From NCBI GenBank assembly GCA_048884785.1, contig JBHLQM010000003.1, forward strand, positions 1 to 64,000: a stretch of 64,000 bases of DNA, in the 5' to 3' direction. This stretch comes from Candidatus Thorarchaeota archaeon. GTDB lineage: Archaea; Asgardarchaeota; Thorarchaeia; Thorarchaeales; Thorarchaeaceae. Position 1 is the stretch's first letter, and the number at the start of each line of letters is the position of its first letter. The notes under the pieces are model-generated. The model did not search any database. It saw only the letters and a list, made by a program, of their open reading frames with translations, and was not told where the DNA came from. The position numbers and the translations under genes are program-made. This document shows, piece by piece, positions 1 to 9,220 of the stretch.

Positions 1-89
1 CCACACCATACTGCATGGCAGTCTACGAATACTACCTTATTCTCTGCCAGAATGCCATCCAGATCTTCCGCACTAATTTCATTAACCAT
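1..89 (-). CDS. trxA: Thioredoxin (N-terminal part; runs off window start)
   Basis: Manual translation of the minus strand from ATG at 89: MVNEISAEDLDGILAENKVVFVDCHAVWCG, the start of the WCGxC motif. GGGAGA RBS-like sequence upstream. Not in the ORF track. Confidence 0.85.
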   Translation of the reverse strand, partial: MVNEISAEDLDGILAENKVVFVDCHAVWC

Positions 90-112
90 CAATTTATCTC
101 CCTGTATTCGGG

Positions 113-183
113 TGTGCAATAATCATGCACAATCGAAATCACACAAACCGTGCTTATAAGAATTGTGCAACAACCATGCACAA
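113..183. promoter_or_regulatory. Two palindromic operator-like sites TGTGCA-N7-TGCACA flanking a TATA-like box
   Basis: tgtgca-ataatca-tgcaca (113-131) and ttgtgca-acaacca-tgcacaa (163-183), with cttataag at 153-160 between them, in the divergent thioredoxin/helicase intergenic region. Confidence 0.65.
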
Positions 184-290
184 CCAATAGCAGGTAGATG
201 TTTTTTTTGAACTGCTGCCTACGATAATAATGACAAAGTTTCATAAGTCCGTCCCAGATTTCCGGAGGATGTTGTTGTCCGAAGTGATAG

Positions 291-2939
291 ATGATGCCCG
301 TGTTACATTGTCCCAAGTGCGGTTCAAAACTCGATATTCGAAAAGGTGGGCCAATATGGACAGTACGATGTCACAGATGCGATGTAGAGCTGATGGTAGA
401 CGGACGGAGCAAGGACCTCTTTGATGCATATGATGCCTACATCACGGCGGTAAAGAACGGTACACTATCGCCCGGAGCATCATCAAGTGCATCACAAACA
501 CCTCGAGCTCTTCCTGACAGGGATACAAGTAGACGACGTCGGAGAACCTCCAGTGTACTGGATAGGGTTCAATCTGAGCCAGAGATCAACAGGATACTAT
601 CTGCCAGTGGCCAAACTTTGGACAAGCTACCCGACGCCTTGCGAGGGATGGTATCTCGAGGAAGAGACTATCTTGTCAGTTATCGTCATATTCCTGCAAC
701 TGATGCGGATTATGGAATTGAAGTGCAGAATCTTATGCTTCCTGCACGCCTGAAAGAACATCTGACAAAGAAGGGCATAGTACAGCTTTACAAATTCCAA
801 GAGGAGGCATATGACGCAATCTCCGCTGGAAAAGATGTAATCATCGCAGCTCCCACAGCCCAGGGCAAGACTGAGGCTTTTGTCTTGCCAATTATTAGGA
901 AGATTCTCTTGTCAGTTCAGGAGTCTTTCGGAAAGCCTGGTGTTCAGGCGCTTCTGTTGTATCCAACGAAGGCACTTGCCCGTGATCAGTATGAGAAAAT
1001 ACATGCGATCTGCGAAACATCAGGACTCAAAGTCGGGATATTTGATGGTGATGTGGCTGATAGTAAGAGACAAAAGATGTACCTGTCGCCGCCAGATATT
1101 CTCTTGACGAATCCAGATGTTCTTCATTATCATCTCGGATGGGACCAGTCTCGCCTTGTTTCTCTTCTTCGAACAGTGAAGTATGTTGTTCTTGATGAGA
1201 TCCACCTCTATACGGGATCTATGGGAGCCAACATCTACTACATCCTGAAACGTCTACAAATGGAATCAGGGGCATTTCAGAAGATAGGCGCATCCGCAAC
1301 CATTGCTAATCCAAAGGAGTATGCAGAAGTTCTGTTTGATACCGATGTTCAGCTGATTGAATCAACTAGTGCCAAGCGGGGACCAATTCACTTCCTAATG
1401 TATTATCCCGGTGCAAGAAGTAAATACAGCATGATAGTAGACTTGGTTCAGGCTCTCAACCGTGGGGAATACCAAACCCTGGTTTTTGGAAATACGCATA
1501 CAGAGGCGGAGGTTCTGAATGTTCTCATAGGCGATACAGGTATCAAATCAATGGTGCATCGAGCCGGTCTCTCCAAAAGCTATAGAGGAAAAGTCGAGAA
1601 CCAATTTCGATCTGGAGAATTGCCAGTTCTTGTATCCACTCCAACCTTGGAACTTGGCATCGACATTGGAGACCTAGATTCAGTTGTGAGCATGATTGTT
1701 TCCATAACAAGACTAACACAAAGAATTGGAAGGGCTGGCAGAAAGGGACAGGAGAGCGTAGCGATACTTGCACTCAGAGAGAATGATCCCATTTCATCAT
1801 TCTATAGAAATCAGCCTGACAAATACTTCACTGATGTAGATTCCGCCTATATGGAGCCTGAAAATGAAGTGGTAGGGCGTTATCAATTACTTGCGGCAGC
1901 GATGAGTGGAAAACTAAAACTTGGCGACTTTCCAAAGCAGAAGAATATCATTGAAAAATTGGCGGAAGAGAGCCTCATCCGCATTGATGATAGCGGACGC
2001 ATTAGAATCCTTGACTTCCAGCAGGCGCAAAAAGAATGGAGAGGTTACAGTATTCGAGGTATTGGGGATGTCGTGGAGATTAAGCAAGGTGAAAAGAAAC
2101 TCGGTGAGCGGTCTATGCCTATGGCGGCCCAAGAACTCCATCCTGGGGCTATGTATCTTCACGGCGGAAAGAACTACATGTCAGTTGATTTCAAATACCA
2201 GCCGGGCCTAGGTAGAGCCGTTGTAGTCCCAGTCCAAGACCGCAGCACACATACTAAGCCCCTCTATTCCACTATGCCTCGTATCATTGAGGTGCACACA
2301 GAGAGAAAGGCGTTTGGGATGAGTCTCAAGTATTGCACGCTTGAGATGACTCAAGAAGTATATGGCTATGTCAAAAAAGATACGAGAAGCGGGCGCGTAA
2401 TACAGAGATCAGAGCTGCCTTCTCCTCTGGTATATCAATATCTAACCCGTGGTTTTGTTTTCAAGGCTCCAGAGCCGACAAAATCTACCAATGACTATCT
2501 TAGTATGCGGCTGAAGAACGCAGAAGGTCCCAAGATGGGCCCAGCCGACCTTATAGGTGGTACATTCCATGCTGTTGAACATGTAATAATTGAATCAAGT
2601 GATATGTTGACCGGTGGAAGTGCTCGAGAGATAGGTGGAGTATCCATGGGCGATTCCGGTTACATATTCGTTTATGATGGAAGTCCTGGAGGTAATGGTG
2701 CTTCAAAGCTTCTCTTTGGGAGATTCGAAGAGGCAATTCGCCGCTCTGAGACCATTTTGGCCAAATGTGACTGCAAGACAGTTGATGGTTGTCCCCTATG
2801 CACATACTCATATCAATGTGGTAACAACAACCAGCCTCTCTTTAGATTTGGAGCACTTGAAAGCCTTCAGCTGATACAACAGAAGGTTGAAACAGATGTT
2901 GACACAAAGGACTACCTAGGATATCAACCCGTAGTCTAG
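291..2939 (+). CDS. DEAD/DEAH-box helicase with C-terminal DUF1998 Zn-binding domain (Hrq1/MrfA/SftH-like) and an extra N-terminal Zn ribbon
   Basis: Walker A APTAQGKT, DEIH, SAT, STPTLELGIDIG, QRIGRAGR. C-terminal CDC...GCPLC. N-terminal CPKC/CHRC. Confidence 0.9.
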   Translation: MMPVLHCPKCGSKLDIRKGGPIWTVRCHRCDVELMVDGRSKDLFDAYDAYITAVKNGTLSPGASSSASQTPRALPDRDTSRRRRRTSSVLDRVQSEPEINRILSASGQTLDKLPDALRGMVSRGRDYLVSYRHIPATDADYGIEVQNLMLPARLKEHLTKKGIVQLYKFQEEAYDAISAGKDVIIAAPTAQGKTEAFVLPIIRKILLSVQESFGKPGVQALLLYPTKALARDQYEKIHAICETSGLKVGIFDGDVADSKRQKMYLSPPDILLTNPDVLHYHLGWDQSRLVSLLRTVKYVVLDEIHLYTGSMGANIYYILKRLQMESGAFQKIGASATIANPKEYAEVLFDTDVQLIESTSAKRGPIHFLMYYPGARSKYSMIVDLVQALNRGEYQTLVFGNTHTEAEVLNVLIGDTGIKSMVHRAGLSKSYRGKVENQFRSGELPVLVSTPTLELGIDIGDLDSVVSMIVSITRLTQRIGRAGRKGQESVAILALRENDPISSFYRNQPDKYFTDVDSAYMEPENEVVGRYQLLAAAMSGKLKLGDFPKQKNIIEKLAEESLIRIDDSGRIRILDFQQAQKEWRGYSIRGIGDVVEIKQGEKKLGERSMPMAAQELHPGAMYLHGGKNYMSVDFKYQPGLGRAVVVPVQDRSTHTKPLYSTMPRIIEVHTERKAFGMSLKYCTLEMTQEVYGYVKKDTRSGRVIQRSELPSPLVYQYLTRGFVFKAPEPTKSTNDYLSMRLKNAEGPKMGPADLIGGTFHAVEHVIIESSDMLTGGSAREIGGVSMGDSGYIFVYDGSPGGNGASKLLFGRFEEAIRRSETILAKCDCKTVDGCPLCTYSYQCGNNNQPLFRFGALESLQLIQQKVETDVDTKDYLGYQPVV

Positions 2940-2945
2940 CAGGTA

Positions 2946-4880
2946 GTGAACAAAATGGTGCGGTTGCTTATACATCGGGGGCACGATGGCCCAGCTCGCA
3001 AAGGTACAATCGACTTTGCAGATGGTAAAGTCGAAGTCCCTACACTACTTGGCCCTCTGGATTCAATACATACGGGTCTAAAAATGATTGAGATTGCCCA
3101 ACTTCCAATCAGTGACTCAGCTCCCAGCCTCGTTTCAACGGGGACATTTTTGGAGAGCAATCCCTCACTTCTCAACGAGGTGCCAGTAAACTCCTTCGTT
3201 CTTCTCCCCTCATTGCCTGGCATACCAGGATTAGGGGGAAGCATAGCAAAAACGATAGTAGAGAGCCAAATCCAATTTTTGGCCGATTCGGCATATCCTG
3301 GACCATCGATAATACGGATTCCCTCCTCCATGCCCCCCGAGGATTTGGAGGACCTAATACCAACAATGCAGCAATCTCAAGTCATCGGTGCATCATTCCT
3401 TTTCAATGATGAACTTGGAAAACATGACCTCAATAATATCGCATTGAGATCAAAAATGCCAAGGAACTGGCTAGCAATTGCTCTGGGTCGAATTCGTCCC
3501 AGTGTACTCCCAATTCTCTACTATGCAGGATTTGACATCATTGACATCAGTTATGGATTAGAAAGGGCAACAAGATTAGTACGGTTGTCACATCTAAGTC
3601 AGGAACAGATAAGCGCAGGACAGACATCACGTTTCTGTCCATGTGTCCATTGCAGTAGAATCACAACAGATACCAATACCTCAGAGCTTGAATCAATCAT
3701 CTCACAACACAACCAGGCTCTCTATGGAGCAATCCTCTCCGAGTCCAAAGAGGCTACAAGAACCGGCTCCCTTCGATGGCTTGTCGAATCATCAACTCAT
3801 GGAGGTCCCAATGTTCTCTCCTATCTCAGAATGGCGGATGCGCAGAACTACTCCTTCTTTGAGGAATTTACTCCTACCGGCGTATCCTTTGAATTGCCAT
3901 TGATTGGTCCTGAATCTTATAATGCGCCTCAAGTCAGACGATACAGAGAATATGTAAAGGATAGATACTCCCCTCCGACAACGAAGAAAATCGTGGTACT
4001 CCTTCCTTGCTCCGCAAGAAAGCCATACTCCGAATCAAAGACGCACAGACGTTTTTCTCATGCACTTGATAGAACTCTTGGATCGCGAAGAGATTCAGTT
4101 GCGGAAACTATCATTACATCACCCTTAGGCATTGTACCAAGAGAGTTAGAGAGGTCATATCCATCCGCAAACTATGATATTCCTGTAACTGGCGACTGGG
4201 ATGCTGAGGAAACATCAATTGCAGCTGAGGCGCTCATAGGACATCTAATGAAGTTTAGTGAGAATACTCCTGTTGTTGCCCATGTATCAGGAGGGTATCT
4301 CTCCGTTGTGAAGTTGGCGGAAGATCAAATCGGACAGAGTTTGATATACACAACTCATGATGCATCCCCAACGAGTGCATCTTCGCTCATGGCACTAAGT
4401 GAAACCCTTTCTGACCTTTCAGAATTGTATCCGCTATCCGGAAAAAGATCTGCACTTGAAGACACGCTGAGAGCTACAGCCGACTATCAGTTTGGATCTG
4501 GAGCAGGAGAGGCACTTGTACCTGATGGTGCCAAAGTTGGAGGCAAAGTTTACGGCACAATCATCTGTCGATCTAGTGGTGTACAGACTTGTTCTTTTGC
4601 TGGTGCAACCGGGCAGATCTCACTTACTCTAGATGGCGCAAAAAGAATTGGCCCATTGAATCGATACTGGGTCAGATTCGAAGGCGTTTCTATTGAAGGA
4701 AGTTCCATTTTTGCTATAGGAATCAATTCTGCGTATTCCGGAATAAGACCCGGTGATGAAGTTATTATCTTGAACTCAAATGACGATGTAATTGCTACTG
4801 GCAGAAGTGAGATGTCTGGACGCGAGATGTGCGATTTTGATAATGGTGTTGCTGTAAAGGTGCGTCATAAGGAGCGGTGA
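2946..4880 (+). CDS. arcS: Archaeosine synthase subunit alpha (TGT-like, DUF5591 and PUA domains)
   Basis: CPCVHC...H Zn site, LLPCSARKPYSES, SPLGIVPRELE..YP..YDIPVTGDW, C-terminal PUA (IRPGDEV). Adjacent to RaSEA. Confidence 0.9.
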   Translation: MNKMVRLLIHRGHDGPARKGTIDFADGKVEVPTLLGPLDSIHTGLKMIEIAQLPISDSAPSLVSTGTFLESNPSLLNEVPVNSFVLLPSLPGIPGLGGSIAKTIVESQIQFLADSAYPGPSIIRIPSSMPPEDLEDLIPTMQQSQVIGASFLFNDELGKHDLNNIALRSKMPRNWLAIALGRIRPSVLPILYYAGFDIIDISYGLERATRLVRLSHLSQEQISAGQTSRFCPCVHCSRITTDTNTSELESIISQHNQALYGAILSESKEATRTGSLRWLVESSTHGGPNVLSYLRMADAQNYSFFEEFTPTGVSFELPLIGPESYNAPQVRRYREYVKDRYSPPTTKKIVVLLPCSARKPYSESKTHRRFSHALDRTLGSRRDSVAETIITSPLGIVPRELERSYPSANYDIPVTGDWDAEETSIAAEALIGHLMKFSENTPVVAHVSGGYLSVVKLAEDQIGQSLIYTTHDASPTSASSLMALSETLSDLSELYPLSGKRSALEDTLRATADYQFGSGAGEALVPDGAKVGGKVYGTIICRSSGVQTCSFAGATGQISLTLDGAKRIGPLNRYWVRFEGVSIEGSSIFAIGINSAYSGIRPGDEVIILNSNDDVIATGRSEMSGREMCDFDNGVAVKVRHKER

Positions 4881-6013
4881 GGATTTTGAAGGCGAATAGT
4901 CTTGAATCAGTACACGACCTAATTCTCAAAGCCAGTCTGGCATCGCGTAGAGACTCTATCGCAAGGAGAAAAACGAAGGATCTAAGAAAACCAGCTGCAG
5001 CATGGGTTACCGAAACTAGAATTGGTGAGGCTACTGGCAAGGCCCTTTCAATTGTTTTTGCAACAATTGGTTGCTCACACGCTAGAGGCGAATTGGGTGG
5101 ATGCACAATGTGCTCATATCTTCTTGATGGAACTGAGAAACCACCCACTGATGAGCAAATCACAACCCAATTCAACCAGGCTATGACTAGACTGGCAGAT
5201 GCCTCTGGACCACTAGCTGTCAAAATCTACACAAGCGGGAGTTTCTTAGATCCCAGTGAGGTGTCTCTCGACGCTAGGTCGAGGATAGTGCAAATGATAT
5301 CAGAAGACAATCGCATAGCAGAAGTTGTTATTGAGTCCCGCCCGGAATATGTTACGAATGAAGTTATGGACGAATTGCGGAGGAGTCTGGGGGATAGAAC
5401 AATTGAGATTGGAATCGGACTGGAAAGCAGCAACGATGCAATTCGTCAGATGTGTGTGAATAAGGGATTCGATATCTCAGATTTCAAAAATGCTATCGAA
5501 ATTACTCGGGATCATCAAATTGGAGTCAGAGCATATGTTCTACTGAAACCTCCATTTCTATCTGAACAGAATGCACTTCAAGACACAATTAGAACAATCA
5601 GCGACTGTAACCTAATGGGTGTGAGCACAGTTTCTGTCAATCCTGTAAATGTCCAAAAACACACCCTTGTAGAGGAGTTATGGAGCAAAGGAGAGTACAG
5701 ACCTCCATGGTTGTGGAGTCTTCTAGAGGTTCTAAAGAAGGGTCGCTCGATTCTGGATAGCAGAATCAATCTCATCTGTGATCCTGTTGCTGCTGGTAAG
5801 GCAAGAGGAGTTCATAACTGTGGAAAATGTGACAAGGTCATTGTTGATGCAATTCGCAGCTTCTCATTCTCTCAAGACCCAACAAGGCTAGAAGGATTTC
5901 AGTGTGAATGCTTATCACAATGGAAACATATTCTTGAACATGGTAATACATCATTACTTGTATATAGTGATAGACGAGTAATTGAGTCGAAAAGGCTTAA
6001 AGCCGAACACTGA
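4877..6013 (+). CDS. raSEA: Archaeosine biosynthesis radical SAM enzyme RaSEA
   Basis: GCSHARGELGGCTMC, KIYTSGSFLD, ESRPEYV, YRPPWLWS, HNCGKCD. Overlaps the arcS stop. Confidence 0.9.
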   Translation: MRILKANSLESVHDLILKASLASRRDSIARRKTKDLRKPAAAWVTETRIGEATGKALSIVFATIGCSHARGELGGCTMCSYLLDGTEKPPTDEQITTQFNQAMTRLADASGPLAVKIYTSGSFLDPSEVSLDARSRIVQMISEDNRIAEVVIESRPEYVTNEVMDELRRSLGDRTIEIGIGLESSNDAIRQMCVNKGFDISDFKNAIEITRDHQIGVRAYVLLKPPFLSEQNALQDTIRTISDCNLMGVSTVSVNPVNVQKHTLVEELWSKGEYRPPWLWSLLEVLKKGRSILDSRINLICDPVAAGKARGVHNCGKCDKVIVDAIRSFSFSQDPTRLEGFQCECLSQWKHILEHGNTSLLVYSDRRVIESKRLKAEH

Positions 6014-6049
6014 CGCGTCACGATATTCCGAAAGCTGGGGTCTGTTACA

Positions 6050-6400
6050 ATGGTATACGAAACTCGCGTTTCAATCTGGTTCAATAGCGAAGGAGCTTCT
6101 CCAGCAGTAGTAATCACAAAACTACTCGAGATGGGATTTAGGCTCGTAAGAGGAGCTTATGATTTTGTATACACTCATGAATCAAGTGAAGAAATGAGTG
6201 ATTCTGACCTAGTGGAATCAATTATCGAGATTTCCAATGCGCTTCATGATACGCTTTCCGGTTACAAGGTGATTTATGCTCTCTCTACAGTTTCAACAGA
6301 GAACGGAGACGAATATGTTCCACTAGATGTGCTTGACGCTGAACTTGAGGAGATACAAAAAGAGTTACAAGAAATCGAAAGAGAAGAAATGGATGAATAG
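6050..6400 (+). CDS. Conserved archaeal hypothetical protein with acidic C-terminal helix
   Basis: WFNSEGASP..V...L..MGF....G.YDFVY pattern resembles small archaeal hypothetical proteins. Co-oriented with arcS/raSEA. Confidence 0.7.
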   Translation: MVYETRVSIWFNSEGASPAVVITKLLEMGFRLVRGAYDFVYTHESSEEMSDSDLVESIIEISNALHDTLSGYKVIYALSTVSTENGDEYVPLDVLDAELEEIQKELQEIEREEMDE

Positions 6401-6408
6401 AAGAGGAC

Positions 6409-6430
6409 TGAAGGGGTATATGCCCCTTCA
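6409..6430. terminator. Stem-loop between convergent genes
   Basis: tgaagggg-tatatg-ccccttca, perfect 8-bp stem. Confidence 0.55.
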
Positions 6431-6445
6431 ACTACTTATTAGAAT

Positions 6446-8227
6446 CTAGTCAGAGGTAACTTCTGGTTCGCGGCGCTCGTACTCGCCCTCTCCACGTACA
6501 GTAACCCTGAGTTTCTTCTGATCTCCTGGATTCATTCGAGTCCAGACCCAAATCATGTCTGTACCATCAGATGCAGCCTTTGTCGTTGGTTCTTCTTCCA
6601 GTGGGTCTGTTGATACGTATTCAAAACCAGCAGGAATCCAATCACTGACCTTTACATTTTCAACAGTTACTTCTCCCTTGTTCTCCACCACAAGCATGAT
6701 GTTGAATTCACCTGCGCCAGATCCCTTATTTATGGCCTTCTTTGCAGATATTCTTCGTTTTCTATACATAATGCCTATCTTGTGTGTGTCCTTCTCACTG
6801 AATACATCGGCAGTGATTCCGGCAGGGTCTGTATTGGCATAACATTTGATAGGACTCGGGTATTCCTTCTCTGGTCTATTTCTCCAAGCCATAATTGCAT
6901 AGTTAACCTTGAAGGAATCTCCTGGCCGCAATTCTCCAACGGTATCCTTGAGATTCGTGATTTCAATTGTAAGTGTGTGTGGGACTTCTGGATTCTGGTC
7001 ATCTGGATCGATAATCAGATTATATTCACCAGAGAACTGCTCATCTCTCACCCAGACAGTGACATGTTCTCTCTTTGGAGGCATCACGTCATCAGGCAGG
7101 CTGTCTATGATCTTTATTTCATTTAGTTTTGCAGTACCTGTATTTCTAACTTCAATATTTACTTCAACAGGCGTCTTGTCAAGGCTGTTCACTTCGGGAG
7201 GATCAAATTCCTTTGTATAGCCAATTGCTGCAACAGGGATTGGTTGTGTTCTCTTTTCTATTGTTCCCAACACACGCTTCTTGACCACGTTCATCGGAGT
7301 ATAGACAACTTCCTGAGTGCATTTGGGTGGCGATTTGCTACTCACTTCAAACTTTGCTCTCCACTCCTGACCGGGTATCATTTTGACTGCAGGGTTCTCA
7401 TCTATCTTGAGTTCTTTTTCTCCGCCACTCTCAGGCATCAAATATACCTCTGCTCTGTCAAGTCTTACCATGAGGTCGCTTTCATTTGAGCATTCTAGAG
7501 TGCATTCCCACTCATTCGGTTCCGTTTCAGCTGTTTCTATTCCTGTCAGAAACTCAGTCAAAGCACTCATGTCTGGAGCCAAGGATGATCTCTGCTGCCC
7601 TTCTGCTTTGTAGCTTATGACAATCTGTCCGGCATTCCTAACTTCTGAGTCATCTACGTTTGCGTTGGCACTTATTACTAGAGTGGAATCTTCGTTTGGA
7701 TAAATCACTAAATCCTTCCAGACAACTTGACGCGTACCCTCATCAAATTCCGCACTCCCAGACATAGCACTCTCAATGACAACATTAGAGAGTTCCGGTG
7801 GAATTGTCTTGTTTAGAACAACATTTTCGAGTTGACCGTTGGTTTCATTCTTCAATGTGAGAGTGATTTTTACTGGGTTATCTTGTGCAATAACATAGGC
7901 CCAATGAGCTTTCTCTGTAGGGACATCTCCGCAGGTATCAAATACTTCAGTCAGTGTGACGATTGGTGCTCTTGCTTCCACTCTGTAGCCTGAATCCCAC
8001 TTGCCTCCAGCCTCAATTTCACCGGCTGAGAGTGAGTCTTCACCTATATTGGTCCCTTCACGACCTGAAGGTATTAGCACCTTTACATTCCAGATTCTGC
8101 ATCTTTCCGAGACATTCTTAACGCTGAGGACACCTTTTACCTCTATGCCTGACTGCTCGCCGAACTCGCCAAGACTTGTTTTTTCGGATTCCTCAAGATC
8201 TATTACGACTGACTTGTGTTCACTCAA
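6446..8227 (-). CDS. All-beta multidomain protein: N-terminal mu-homology-domain-like region followed by DUF11/Ig-like beta sandwiches
   Basis: 593 aa, acidic, no signal peptide or TM. Repeated 'V.N.G...L.N..I.D.LP' Ig-like strands. Residues ~1-220 align by eye with mu-adaptin/delta-COP MHD motifs. Confidence 0.6.
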   Translation of the reverse strand: MSEHKSVVIDLEESEKTSLGEFGEQSGIEVKGVLSVKNVSERCRIWNVKVLIPSGREGTNIGEDSLSAGEIEAGGKWDSGYRVEARAPIVTLTEVFDTCGDVPTEKAHWAYVIAQDNPVKITLTLKNETNGQLENVVLNKTIPPELSNVVIESAMSGSAEFDEGTRQVVWKDLVIYPNEDSTLVISANANVDDSEVRNAGQIVISYKAEGQQRSSLAPDMSALTEFLTGIETAETEPNEWECTLECSNESDLMVRLDRAEVYLMPESGGEKELKIDENPAVKMIPGQEWRAKFEVSSKSPPKCTQEVVYTPMNVVKKRVLGTIEKRTQPIPVAAIGYTKEFDPPEVNSLDKTPVEVNIEVRNTGTAKLNEIKIIDSLPDDVMPPKREHVTVWVRDEQFSGEYNLIIDPDDQNPEVPHTLTIEITNLKDTVGELRPGDSFKVNYAIMAWRNRPEKEYPSPIKCYANTDPAGITADVFSEKDTHKIGIMYRKRRISAKKAINKGSGAGEFNIMLVVENKGEVTVENVKVSDWIPAGFEYVSTDPLEEEPTTKAASDGTDMIWVWTRMNPGDQKKLRVTVRGEGEYERREPEVTSD

Positions 8228-8294
8228 TAGTGGTCACCTACTTATCATGTGTGCCTATGCTTTACTCATATCGAAGATTCGTGACCTAATGTTA

Positions 8295-8990
8295 TCAGTT
8301 TACTGTGTATCTAAACTCATTTCCAGCAGCCCATTCAATATCTACAGATTGACCTGGTTTTAGAAGAAGTGGTACTGTACCTCCTCCAAATTGGTCAATG
8401 TACTTGGAGAATTTATTTGGCTGATCTGGAGATGTCCATTTCATCGGAACTGCAAGTCTGGGTTTTGCATCAACGCACAGGCTAGTAGCATCTTTGACCT
8501 CAAAGACATCATGGCCTCCAATTGGCATAATCATGATGTCGCTCTCGAGGTTCCCAAATGGACCTCTAATGATTGCATCTCCCAAATAAGCAATCTTCAT
8601 TTTGCCCATTTCAATGAGCAGTCCAAAATTTTCATATCTGGTACCAGTAGCCGGATCCAGTCGCTGAAGAGAATATGGAATAATCTTCAATCCTGGAATC
8701 TCATAGGGCACCTCAGATCTAAGAGTATGAAGCAACCAGGATTTTCCACCTTGTGCTTGCGCTTTCTGAATAGTAGCTTCATTTCCTAGAATCCATGCCT
8801 TAGCATTCATGGCAATCTCTATTGCGTTTCCCAGTGCGTCATCAGCATGATTTGTAGCTATAATGACTCTTACATCATGGTCGCTTGGAACTAGCGGTTC
8901 TCCGTTCATTATTCCCGGATTGAGAAGGACAGAGTTTTCGCCCACTTCCAATCTAAATGTGGTCTGACCATAGTAAGTCATCTTTAGCAA
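8295..8990 (-). CDS. Metallo-beta-lactamase-fold protein (UPF0173-like) with degenerate metal site
   Basis: MTYYGQTTFRLE, ATNHADDA in place of THxHxDH, YLGDA, MPIGG, VPMKW in place of PMHY. Confidence 0.75.
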   Translation of the reverse strand: MLKMTYYGQTTFRLEVGENSVLLNPGIMNGEPLVPSDHDVRVIIATNHADDALGNAIEIAMNAKAWILGNEATIQKAQAQGGKSWLLHTLRSEVPYEIPGLKIIPYSLQRLDPATGTRYENFGLLIEMGKMKIAYLGDAIIRGPFGNLESDIMIMPIGGHDVFEVKDATSLCVDAKPRLAVPMKWTSPDQPNKFSKYIDQFGGGTVPLLLKPGQSVDIEWAAGNEFRYTVN

Positions 8991-9220
8991 TTAATCACTT
9001 CCCGAAGTCCCGCCTGACAACATCAAGTCAGGTATGCGCTATTTGGAACTTCCTAAGTGGTTTCTTAAAAAGAAATTGCGCACTGATATTCCAAAACTCT
9101 CCGTTGAGCGCCTTTTTGAGTCAGTTTCTATGCTTCTCTGTAATTCCGAGTGCTAGGTTTTTATGATTCTGTCAGTACGAATTCATGATGTTTAATCATA
9201 GAGGATAGAAGAGGGGCAGC

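Noticed and set aside
6011-6050. The raSEA TGA stop is in frame with the next ORF through 12 sense codons (possible Sec/readthrough fusion); palindrome tgacgcgtca at the stop
   Set aside because: RaSEA is already complete, the TGA is not at a Cys-equivalent position, the downstream ORF has its own ATG, and an in-frame arrangement is easily chance.
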